Shown here in pieces: positions 8,131 to 16,634 of a stretch of DNA of 64,000 nt. Origin of the DNA: an uncultured Ventosimonas sp. (GTDB lineage: Bacteria > Pseudomonadota > Gammaproteobacteria > Pseudomonadales > Pseudomonadaceae); the NCBI GenBank assembly GCA_946480835.1, contig CAMLLC010000010.1, positions 2,858 through 66,857 on the forward strand, in the 5' to 3' direction. The translations under genes and the position numbers were made by a program. The notes beneath the pieces were generated by a model. The model saw only the letters and a list, made by a program, of their open reading frames with translations. It was not told the DNA's origin and made no database searches. Within the stretch, counting starts at the first letter, position 1, and each line of letters starts with the position of its first letter.

Positions 8131-10437
8131 ATGGACATCTGGGATTGGGTATTTCGCTTAGAAGATGATCTAGAAGAAGCGGGGCATGAACATGCTAGCC
8201 GTATTATTGAACAAGTAAGTACCGAAATATTAGAACTTAATATAGGCAAAGCTGAAGCGCTATTACCAGAAGCTATTGCACTAAGTCGCAGCCTCAATAA
8301 TCCTTGGTTAGAAGTCTTCTTCAAACACTGGGAAATGCGTAATAGAATAGGTAATAAATCTGAGGGAGACTCCGTACTTGGCGATGTAGTGGAGTTATTT
8401 GAATTTGCTCACCGAGATGAAACCATTACCTGTCCACAATCTATTTGTGTCACCCAAGATTTATCTGCTTGCTATGCTAATATAGATGGTCCTGGCTGGG
8501 CCGAAGAACGTAAAGCAGTTTGTGATGAAACATTTGCAAGAATTGATCCGACATGGAGCTGTTTTCACTGCCTCTCCTGTGAATATGCTGATGCTTTAAT
8601 AGATGAAGGAAATCCACAACAGGCATTTGACTATTTGCAACAACAAAAAGCTAAAATCATAGCCGTTGGTGAGGAAGTTAGCGAAGCTATCAAAACATTT
8701 GAAGTACAAGCGTTGCTGCGTCTTAATCAAAATGAACAAGCATTGGCTATTTTAGAAGAATGCCAAGCAGCCGTAAAAGGCTATGATTGGCCAGTCAATA
8801 GTCAAGAACGGCATATTCTTAAAGCGCTGACCTTAGCTAAACTGGGTAAAACTTCAGAAGCATGGGATGAACTACCTAATTTTAAAAGTGTAGCTCCCCG
8901 CTATTATTTAAGCTGGATTAGAGCAATAGATGTTCTGCTAACCCATGAACCGGACAAAAATGAATGGGCCTTAGGCAGTGCGCTACAAGAAGCATTAGAA
9001 CATTTTATGAAAATGGGTAATTATCGCAAGGTCATAGAAGTTGCCGCGCTGCAAATTCGTCTGGCTATGGCTAGACAGAGTGTCTGGACTGCTAAAAGAG
9101 CGTTAGCTATTGCTAATGAAGCTTTACCAAAATTGAAAGAGCCACTAGGGGCTGATCAACTACTGACCAAACTAACCAACCAAATAGCTAGCCAAGCAGC
9201 TAATAATTCATTGCCAGTACCTGCCAATGAATTGATGGCTTGGTTAGAAGAAAGAGCAAAACATCAACAAAGAGGACGTAATCCTGAACAAGAGGTTGAA
9301 TTATTACTACAGGCAGTAGCTGAACTACCTGACGATGAACCCCTACTAGAAATAACTGTTTCAGCATTACAAGCTTGTAATGCTACAAAAGAGGCTGAAC
9401 AACTAATGTGGCAATTTATAGAAAGAAATCATCAACATGAGTCATCAGCCGCTTATAATCTGCTTAATGGCTTAATATCCACAAATAGATTAGCAGACAT
9501 TGATAAACTCGCTGAATTTTACCAAACCAGCCAACCTGCTGTAGCTTTGTGGTGCAAAATCCAACAAGCCTTTGCTAAACAGGAGTTAGATCTAGCTAAA
9601 ACGCTTAGCCAGCAAATGCATGAGATCGTACCAGATTACTTAGGGCCAGTGCGTATGCTAGTGCTAATAGCAGTACGCCAACAAGATTTTGCTGCCGCTG
9701 AAAAATGGCAACAGCTTGTGATTGAGAAAAACACAGAAGATCCTCGCAATGATTTATGGGATTTACTTACTTATAGCTCAGCCAATCAAAATTGGAGCAA
9801 AGCTAGAGAGGTAGCTAAACAACTTGAGATTCCTTTAACCTCTACTGAAGGGGTGATTAATGAGGAATGGGGCTGGGTACGTATTCAGGTAGAAGAGCAA
9901 GGTGATACGCTAGAATATTTAGCCCATTGCACAGGGCCTGTCACCGCCATTATTAAAGAACCTGCCTATGCGAATAAAACACAACGAGTAGATGATTGGG
10001 TAGTATATGATGCGGCGCAACTAGCTCCTGTCCCAGAAGATGAAGAAGAGAAGAAGCATTTTATCCCACTTTATAAATTAGTCAAAACCCTCCAGCCGGG
10101 TGACTTTGGGCAGAGCTGGTTTATTGACGGCATCTACCCGGGAGATGAAGCTTTTCAACTTTTGGAAAAACAAATCACAGATAAAGGATGGCGGTTATGG
10201 GTGCAAAGTAACTCAAACTACCAAATTACTGACCAATTTGATCTAGATGAAACACCTCAACAAGGTATATTCTTCTGTATCGTAGCGCCTAAAGCGGTAA
10301 CTCCTGTTGAACTAGATAAATTCTTAACGGCAGCTACAGAAGATTGGGCGTTACCAGTGCATTGGTTGAAGTTAGCAGAAGCAGCAGGAGCTGCTGTTGA
10401 ACCTCATCAAGAAATTATTAGTCGTTATAAACTATAA
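8131..10437 (+). CDS. Large cytoplasmic TPR-like alpha-solenoid protein with N-terminal Cys cluster and C-terminal alpha/beta domains, function unknown
   Basis: Strong SD (AAGGGGG), 768-aa ORF, no signal peptide. TPR-like helical pairs include YADALIDEGNPQQAFDYL, ALLRLNQNEQALAILEE, ALTLAKLGKTSEAW and AVRQQDFAAAEKW. Cys at 101, 106, 114, 131, 144, 147, 150. Confidence 0.8.
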   Translation: MDIWDWVFRLEDDLEEAGHEHASRIIEQVSTEILELNIGKAEALLPEAIALSRSLNNPWLEVFFKHWEMRNRIGNKSEGDSVLGDVVELFEFAHRDETITCPQSICVTQDLSACYANIDGPGWAEERKAVCDETFARIDPTWSCFHCLSCEYADALIDEGNPQQAFDYLQQQKAKIIAVGEEVSEAIKTFEVQALLRLNQNEQALAILEECQAAVKGYDWPVNSQERHILKALTLAKLGKTSEAWDELPNFKSVAPRYYLSWIRAIDVLLTHEPDKNEWALGSALQEALEHFMKMGNYRKVIEVAALQIRLAMARQSVWTAKRALAIANEALPKLKEPLGADQLLTKLTNQIASQAANNSLPVPANELMAWLEERAKHQQRGRNPEQEVELLLQAVAELPDDEPLLEITVSALQACNATKEAEQLMWQFIERNHQHESSAAYNLLNGLISTNRLADIDKLAEFYQTSQPAVALWCKIQQAFAKQELDLAKTLSQQMHEIVPDYLGPVRMLVLIAVRQQDFAAAEKWQQLVIEKNTEDPRNDLWDLLTYSSANQNWSKAREVAKQLEIPLTSTEGVINEEWGWVRIQVEEQGDTLEYLAHCTGPVTAIIKEPAYANKTQRVDDWVVYDAAQLAPVPEDEEEKKHFIPLYKLVKTLQPGDFGQSWFIDGIYPGDEAFQLLEKQITDKGWRLWVQSNSNYQITDQFDLDETPQQGIFFCIVAPKAVTPVELDKFLTAATEDWALPVHWLKLAEAAGAAVEPHQEIISRYKL

Positions 10438-10449
10438 ACCTTAACTAAC

Positions 10450-10483
10450 ATTCATGTGTTAAAGTCATTTTTAACACATGAAT
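10450..10483. repeat. Perfect 14-bp inverted repeat (terminator-like or operator)
   Basis: ATTCATGTGTTAAA-gtcatt-TTTAACACATGAAT, 13 nt after the TPR gene stop, with no U-tail. Confidence 0.8.
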
Positions 10484-10785
10484 AGATAGTTAGCCAATAA
10501 TTACCCAAATAAGGTTAACAGTCTTGATATTGAAATATAGCTTAAGGCTTTACCCTTTAACTCATGATAAAAAAAGAAAAATTTTTAATTATTATAGTTT
10601 CCACCCTAACATCTCCTAAAAATATCGTTATCTTAAGGTGATCATTATTTTTTATCCTCATTAATTGATAAGCTACATTTTTTTAATTAGCATTTGAAAC
10701 ATGATAATTAAAACTAACCACAGGTTTAGTTAATTATATCAATCAGCTTGTTAACCCCATTCAAGTTAACTCTTATTTTATTGAT

Positions 10786-10811
10786 AAAAAAGGCGTAGTT
10801 GGCGCCTTTTT
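10786..10811. terminator. Bidirectional intrinsic terminator at the yegP 3' end
   Basis: AAAAAAGGCG-tagttgg-CGCCTTTTT. Confidence 0.75.
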
Positions 10812-11151
10812 ATTTCTTGATGGTTAAATCTTTAATAGTGGTAGTACAACCATTTTTTTTCACTGACTCTATACCTTTATCACGAGCCGTGGTCGTCTCA
10901 TAAACTTCACTGTTACCTATAACTTGATAATTGGCTGCTTTTAAAGTGAAATAAAATTTACCACTTTTAGCTACTAACAGACTATAGCGCTTTGCATCAC
11001 CACTATTTTTTTGGACCGACGCAATACCTATTTTGGTAGATGCTTTTTGCTTATACATTTCACTGGTTAAAATAACCTCACCATTATGGGCCTTCAAGGT
11101 AAAATAAAACTGTCCATTTTTAGCTTTTTTAATTTCAAATGTACCTACCAT
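10810..11151 (-). CDS. yegP: YegP-family protein (tandem DUF1508)
   Basis: Two repeats: FEIKKAKNGQFYFTLKAHNGEVILTSEMY and YSLLVAKSGKFYFTLKAANYQVIGNSEVY. SD AAGGAG precedes the ATG at 11151. Confidence 0.92.
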   Translation of the reverse strand: MVGTFEIKKAKNGQFYFTLKAHNGEVILTSEMYKQKASTKIGIASVQKNSGDAKRYSLLVAKSGKFYFTLKAANYQVIGNSEVYETTTARDKGIESVKKNGCTTTIKDLTIKK

Positions 11152-11270
11152 TATCATCTCCTTAATTAATTGAAGTTTTATTTATAAATTAAAGCTATTT
11201 TTTTTGATACTAGACCTAAGCCTATAATAAACATTAGTTTTAGTTGTTGCTTTTAATATTTTTTATCCCA

Positions 11271-11526
11271 TTATTTTTTTATTTTGGCTTGTTGATTAGA
11301 TAAATAAATATTACTTCTCTTAGCTAACTTATTATTTTCTATGACATTTATCCACTCATTAGTGGTTATGGTTGCTGCAAAACTACTTTGCATTACGACA
11401 CTAAAAATACGATGAATCTCCTCTGCTGTAGCTTTTCCTGCTTCATTGGCATAAGGTAAAGAACCTGTTGCATCAGTAATAAATTCAGCCTCAAACCCTC
11501 TTTCTTGCGCCTCAATAACGGTAGCG
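11271..11526 (-). pseudogene. 5'-truncated isochorismatase-like cysteine hydrolase (C-terminal half only)
   Basis: TVIEAQERGFEAEFITDATGSLPYANEAGKATAEEIH is the region after the catalytic Cys in isochorismatase-family proteins. The N-terminal half with the catalytic triad is missing. Confidence 0.8.
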
Positions 11527-11951
11527 CCCAACAAGCCAATAAAGTTGCTAAACAACTAGTTATTGCCCCTCATAGAGCGGGAGGTCAAGTGCCATTCATA
11601 GAGCAAACTTTCCCCACCCAACCAAGCAGTAACAGATTGAGCACCTTATTAGCTTGGTTACAAAGTCATTTAGCTAACCATCATACCACCGATCAATTAG
11701 CAAAACGCACCGGTATGAGTCGCCGCAGTTTTACTCGTCACTTTAAACAACTAACAGGTTATAGTTTAACCCAATAGCTTATTGAACAGTGCCTTAGTCA
11801 GGCTCAAACATTATTAGAAACCAGCTATTTCTCATTAGAACAGATAGCTCAACAAGTAGGTTTTAGCTCTAGCTCCGCATTAAGACAACATTTTCTAAAA
11901 AAATTTAACTTAACGCCTAGCCAATATCAAAAAAATTTTCATCATCCATAA
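11520..11951 (+). pseudogene. 5'-truncated GlxA/FtrA-type AraC regulator with an internal nonsense codon
   Basis: GSAQQANKVAKQLVIAPHRAGGQ (end of the DJ-1 domain), then the HTH MSRRSFTRHFKQLTG. TAG at 11775-11777 sits where a conserved Trp (TGG) is expected. The frame continues LIEQCLSQAQTLLE..SLEQIAQQVGFSSSSALRQHF..TPSQY to TAA at 11951. Confidence 0.88.
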
Positions 11952-12072
11952 AATAGTAAAATATTACTAATTATTTTATTCAACAAAAAAGCAACCTTTC
12001 TTCAACATTTCTACTACAAAGGCTACATTAAACTAACTGCCAATTAACATAAACCATCGGCAGTCAAAGTAT

Positions 12073-12843
12073 ATGAGCCTAAATTTAATAACAACCCTAC
12101 CTAAACTTGATAACCATAATGAAAATTTCACTTATTGGTGGAACAAACAAGGAGAATGGGTAGAAACGCCAAACGAACGGCGTGGCGGATTTAGTGGTGT
12201 TATAAAGACCCTCAATAAGCAAGGCGAAATTCTCTACATCAAAAAACAAGAAGGACATATCTACCGTAGTCTGCTTTACCCATTTGGGCAAGCCACCATT
12301 CGTAGAGAATATAACGCTTACCTAGCTTTTAATAAAGCTAAGGTAAGAACTCCGCAAGTAATCTATTGTGGGCAACTAGGTAAAAAAGCTATTTTAGTGA
12401 CCAAAGCCCTAGCTAATTTTATTAGTTTTGAAGAATGGCTTAGCAATGCACGCCAAGCTAATACACAAGCTGCTACTATAAGTGCGGTATTAGATTCGAT
12501 AGCCAACATGCTTGTTCAACTTCATAAAAATCACCTACAACATAACTGTATTTATAGTAAACATATATTTGTTAATGTCCTCGAGAGACAAAAAGTTACC
12601 GTCCACACCGCGCTATTAGATTTAGAAAAATCAAGAAAACGTTTTACTGCCAAACAAGCAGCTTTACACGACACACCGCAAATAAGGCGTCATTCAGCTA
12701 TTAGCCATACTGAATGGCTGTATTTTGCTAAGCAATATGAAATGTATTTTGGTAGTCCCTTACCCAAACTATACCAATTGCCACCAACTCCTCTCTACCT
12801 TGATACTCAAACCTTATACCAACACACCAAAATAATAGATTAA
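12073..12843 (+). CDS. inaA: Lipopolysaccharide kinase InaA (Kdo/WaaP family; WarB-like)
   Basis: WVETPNERRGGFSGV, YIKKQEGH, LQHNCIYSKHIFV, ALLDLEKSR. Confidence 0.88.
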   Translation: MSLNLITTLPKLDNHNENFTYWWNKQGEWVETPNERRGGFSGVIKTLNKQGEILYIKKQEGHIYRSLLYPFGQATIRREYNAYLAFNKAKVRTPQVIYCGQLGKKAILVTKALANFISFEEWLSNARQANTQAATISAVLDSIANMLVQLHKNHLQHNCIYSKHIFVNVLERQKVTVHTALLDLEKSRKRFTAKQAALHDTPQIRRHSAISHTEWLYFAKQYEMYFGSPLPKLYQLPPTPLYLDTQTLYQHTKIID

Positions 12844-12856
12844 TAGGTTAATTAGC

Positions 12857-13546
12857 ATGCTCAATCAAATTCAAACCCCTCCTGAAAAAACGCCTATTCA
12901 ATTAGCCTTTTCTAGTAAATATAGCAAAGCACATGCCATTGACTACTTTACAAAACATCAACAAGGCATAGCACGAAGATTCACTACTTGGCGCGAAACT
13001 CAATTAGCGCGGAAAGCTTTAAAAACCGCTGGCAATCCCCAATCAATCCTAGATTTACCCTGTGGAGCTGGCCGCTTTTGGCAATTATTAGCCGCTGATC
13101 ATAAGCGCACCTTGCTGGCAGCAGACAACTCTGAACACATGATAGAAGTGGCCAAAACACTACAACCACCAGCTATAGCTGAGCGTTTTACTGCTTTCAA
13201 ATCTTCGGCCTTTGCTATTAAGCTTGCTAATGAGGCGGTAGATAACATCTTTTGTATACGCTTGCTACACCATATAGAAGCACATGAACATCGGTTAGCT
13301 ATTTTGCAAGAATTTTATAGAGTCACGCGCGATACAGTTATTCTATCACTCTGGGTAGATGGTAATTTCAAAGCTTGGCGTAGAAGAAAATCAGAAGCAA
13401 CCGGCCGTCATACTCAACATAATAGATTCTTAATTCCCACCGCCACTATTGAAGCTGAATTTAAAGAAGTAGGTTTTAACATAGTAGCTCACCATGATTT
13501 TTTACCCAAGTATGCTATGTGGCGAATTTACGTGTTACGCAAATGA
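12857..13546 (+). CDS. Class I SAM-dependent methyltransferase (WarA/PP0903-like)
   Basis: ILDLPCGAGRFW motif I, FCIRLLHHI, VILSLWVDGNFKAWRR, which I recognise as the Pseudomonas colRS-linked methyltransferase family. Confidence 0.85.
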   Translation: MLNQIQTPPEKTPIQLAFSSKYSKAHAIDYFTKHQQGIARRFTTWRETQLARKALKTAGNPQSILDLPCGAGRFWQLLAADHKRTLLAADNSEHMIEVAKTLQPPAIAERFTAFKSSAFAIKLANEAVDNIFCIRLLHHIEAHEHRLAILQEFYRVTRDTVILSLWVDGNFKAWRRRKSEATGRHTQHNRFLIPTATIEAEFKEVGFNIVAHHDFLPKYAMWRIYVLRK

Positions 13547-13550
13547 CTTA

Positions 13551-15080
13551 TTAAGCATGTTGTTGTTGCCTTTTAGGTAAAGCTTGCTCTTTGCCTTTAT
13601 GTTTAAGATGATCTTTCCAAGCGCGCGGCGGTTCACCTAAAAAGCGTGGCCAGCCATGCGTACCTATTCGTATAAAATCTTGTTGCATGGCTTGTTGAAT
13701 AGTTTCTAATGAATGCTGCTGGCTAGCTAGCAAAAATTCAAACACTAGCGCAAACAATTTATCTAAGGCAATACCATGTGTTTGATTAACTTTTGGGAAA
13801 GCCCATTGACTAAAGGCTGCTATATTACCAAAAGCATCATCATTCAATAATAACGGTAAAGTAAACTTGAATCGTCCTGAATTTGCTATTAAATCCCAAA
13901 ACTTAGCTATTTTCTTAATATGATTTACCTCTTCATAATCCAAATCTTTATTAGCTAATAAAGTATAAGGTGGCAAACTACTAAATTTATAATCATAAGC
14001 TTGGTTATGACGTTTAATAGGTGTTCCTTTTAAGCGTTTCAATAACCCTAATTGAATCTCTTGCGGCTGCCAAGACCACAATTCATTAAACCCTTTGGCA
14101 AAGTTTGCTAAGTTTTCAGCAGGTAAACCAGCTATCAAATCTACATGCAAGTGAACTGTAGTATGCTTAGATAACCAACTAATATTTTCTTTAGCTTTCA
14201 ATAAATTAGTTTTTCTTGAAATCAGCGTTTGCGTTTCTGCATAAAGCGTTTGAATACCAATTTCAAACTGTAAACTAGCGGCAGGAAATTCTAAGATTAA
14301 AGCTTTTAACTCGTCAGGAAGATGATCGGGCACGAGCTCAAAATGTAAAAATAATGATTCATCTGGATATTGTTTTAGCTTATCTAAAAAAAACTGTAAG
14401 ATAGTGGCAGTAAATTCTTTTTTTAAATTAAACGTCCTATCTATAAATTTAAATTGCCGTAAGCCTCTTTGGTAGAGTTTATCCATAGCTGCCAAAAAGG
14501 GTTCTAGTGGAAACATCCATGCCGTTTTATCTAAACTAGATAAACAAAATTCACATTTAAAAGGACACCCCCTAGAAGCCTCTACATAAATGGTTCTATG
14601 CTTTATATCATCATCCGTATAATAATCATAAGGTAATAAAATAGTTGCTAAATTTGCTTGAATACCTTGTATAACCTTACTAGCTATCATTTGCCCTGCC
14701 ATCAATTGATGGCAAAGCTGATAAAAACTGATATCTCCCCAACCTGTTATTAAATAGTCAGCCAATGTGAAAATCTCAGTTTTTTGATACTCATAGGAAA
14801 CTTCAGGGCCACCAATAATAATTGATATGTCTGGCCTTAATATTTTTAATTCTCTAATAAGTTGCGTAGTTTTTTCAATATTCCAGATATAAACTGAAAA
14901 ACCTATAATATGGGGATTCTTGTTAACTATTTGTTCTAGCATGTCCTCCACATTTTGTTGAATTGTCAATTCTAAGATATGCGTCTGTTGTTGCAACTCC
15001 TGCATATTGGCATATAGATATCGTAATGCTAATGAAGCATGCGCGAATCGAGCATTAAGCGTAGTTAACAAAATAGTCAT
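13551..15080 (-). CDS. B12-binding radical SAM protein with DUF4080-like C-terminus
   Basis: N-terminal cobalamin-binding domain (LALRYL, IIGFSVYIWN, IGGPEVS), CxxxCxxC in ASRGCPFKCEFC, FEIGIQT, HVDLIAGLP. Start set to the ATG at 15080. Confidence 0.88.
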   Translation of the reverse strand: MTILLTTLNARFAHASLALRYLYANMQELQQQTHILELTIQQNVEDMLEQIVNKNPHIIGFSVYIWNIEKTTQLIRELKILRPDISIIIGGPEVSYEYQKTEIFTLADYLITGWGDISFYQLCHQLMAGQMIASKVIQGIQANLATILLPYDYYTDDDIKHRTIYVEASRGCPFKCEFCLSSLDKTAWMFPLEPFLAAMDKLYQRGLRQFKFIDRTFNLKKEFTATILQFFLDKLKQYPDESLFLHFELVPDHLPDELKALILEFPAASLQFEIGIQTLYAETQTLISRKTNLLKAKENISWLSKHTTVHLHVDLIAGLPAENLANFAKGFNELWSWQPQEIQLGLLKRLKGTPIKRHNQAYDYKFSSLPPYTLLANKDLDYEEVNHIKKIAKFWDLIANSGRFKFTLPLLLNDDAFGNIAAFSQWAFPKVNQTHGIALDKLFALVFEFLLASQQHSLETIQQAMQQDFIRIGTHGWPRFLGEPPRAWKDHLKHKGKEQALPKRQQQHA

Positions 15081-15215
15081 CAAATAATAAGTACCCAGCA
15101 AATAACCAAACAGCTAATACCCTAAACCCAAATAGCTTAATTTAGTGTGGTAATTTAGCAGTGTGCAGTTTACTAGATAAGGCTTATAATTTATAGCTTA
15201 CCTAGGGAGTAAACA

Positions 15216-15854
15216 ATGAATGCAGCAAAACGCCGAGAGATCTTTCGCCGCTTAAAAGAACATAATCCACAGCCCACTACTGAATTGGAATTTGTGTCAA
15301 CCTTTGAATTACTAGTAGCTGTTATGTTATCAGCTCAGGCTACCGATCTTAGCGTTAACAAGGTTACTCGTAAACTTTTCCCTATAGCCAATACACCCGA
15401 AGCTATTTTAGCGCTAGGCATAGAAGGTTTATCTAACTATATTAAATCTATTGGCCTTTATAATGGCAAAGCAAAAAATATTATAGCTACTTGCCAACAG
15501 CTTATTAACCTACATAATAGTCAAGTACCTTGTACTAGAGAAGCTCTTGAAGCATTACCAGGTGTTGGCCGCAAAACAGCTAATGTAGTGCTTAATACAG
15601 CTTTTCATCAAGCTGTCATGGCAGTTGACACCCACGTCTTTAGAGTAAGTAATAGAACTCATCTAGCCATAGGTAAAAATGTCTTAGAAGTTGAAGAAAA
15701 ATTAATGAAAGTGATTTCTAAAGAATATCTAGTAGATGCTCACCATTGGCTTATCCTGCATGGCCGTTATGTTTGCAAAGCAAGAAAGCCACAATGTGGG
15801 AGTTGCTGTATTGAAGACTTATGTGAATATCCAGCAAAAACATCCGATATATGA
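15216..15854 (+). CDS. nth: Endonuclease III
   Basis: LLVAVMLSAQATD, HhH LPGVGRKTANVVL, VDTHVFRV, and the 4Fe-4S loop CKARKPQCGSCCIEDLC. Confidence 0.97.
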   Translation: MNAAKRREIFRRLKEHNPQPTTELEFVSTFELLVAVMLSAQATDLSVNKVTRKLFPIANTPEAILALGIEGLSNYIKSIGLYNGKAKNIIATCQQLINLHNSQVPCTREALEALPGVGRKTANVVLNTAFHQAVMAVDTHVFRVSNRTHLAIGKNVLEVEEKLMKVISKEYLVDAHHWLILHGRYVCKARKPQCGSCCIEDLCEYPAKTSDI

Positions 15855-15960
15855 ACAATTAATCAAACAAATCAAATCAATAAATAAAATTTATTTTACC
15901 ATTTGTTATTTTCAGGATATAAGGTGCGCCATATAAACCCCATTTGATGGAGTGAAACTG

Positions 15961-16137
15961 ATGAGTAAAGAAAATATTGATTTAGAAGATGACTTCTTAA
16001 CTGATGAACTTGAAGATGCAGAGGATGCCGAAGCAGATGTAACTAAAAGCAACCTAGCTAAACGTCGAATTATAGATAATATATTAGAGGAACGCCGTCT
16101 TAACAAACAGATAGCTGATTTTGATTTCGACATTTAA
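15961..16137 (+). CDS. PA3496-family small acidic protein
   Basis: Acidic N-terminus plus KSNLAKRRIIDNILEERRL; conserved position right after nth in Pseudomonas. SD GGAG. Confidence 0.8.
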   Translation: MSKENIDLEDDFLTDELEDAEDAEADVTKSNLAKRRIIDNILEERRLNKQIADFDFDI

Positions 16138-16161
16138 AAACCGCTGCTTAGCGGTTTTTTT
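16136..16161. terminator. Bidirectional intrinsic terminator
   Basis: AAAAACCGCT-gctt-AGCGGTTTTTTT between convergent genes. Confidence 0.85.
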
Positions 16162-16167
16162 GGTTGA

Positions 16168-16560
16168 CTAATCCTTACGATCAGGAGAGAGTAATTCTAT
16201 TTTATAGCCATCAGGATCTTCTACAAAAGCCAAAATACTAGCACCATGTTGCATAGGGCTAGGTTTACGAGTTATTTTGCCACCACTAGCTTGGATAGTT
16301 TGGCAAGCTTGATAAACATCATCTACCTCTAATGCAATATGCCCATAGCCTGTACCTAGTTCATAGCTATTTATTCCCCAATTGTAGGTAAGCTCTATTA
16401 CCGCTGTATCTTGTTCTGCACCGTAGCCTAGAAAGGCTAAAGTAAACTTACCTTCAGGATAATCATTGCGTCTTAATAGCTTCATACCTAATACATCCCT
16501 ATAAAAAGCGATAGATTTTTCTAAATCCCCCACTCTTAACATGGTATGCAATAATCTCAT
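16168..16560 (-). CDS. gloA: Lactoylglutathione lyase (glyoxalase I)
   Basis: [44 protein letters not shown]. Confidence 0.96.
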   Translation of the reverse strand: MRLLHTMLRVGDLEKSIAFYRDVLGMKLLRRNDYPEGKFTLAFLGYGAEQDTAVIELTYNWGINSYELGTGYGHIALEVDDVYQACQTIQASGGKITRKPSPMQHGASILAFVEDPDGYKIELLSPDRKD

Positions 16561-16634
16561 CAATCTTACCTCATGGCTCATATCGCAGCAGCTTAAGCTA
16601 CTGCGTTAATTATTATTTAGTTAACTAGGTATCT

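Noticed and set aside
8131-10437. TPR protein as LbcA, the TPR lipoprotein adaptor of CtpA
   Set aside because: It has no signal peptide or lipobox, so it cannot be the outer-membrane lipoprotein partner of periplasmic CtpA.
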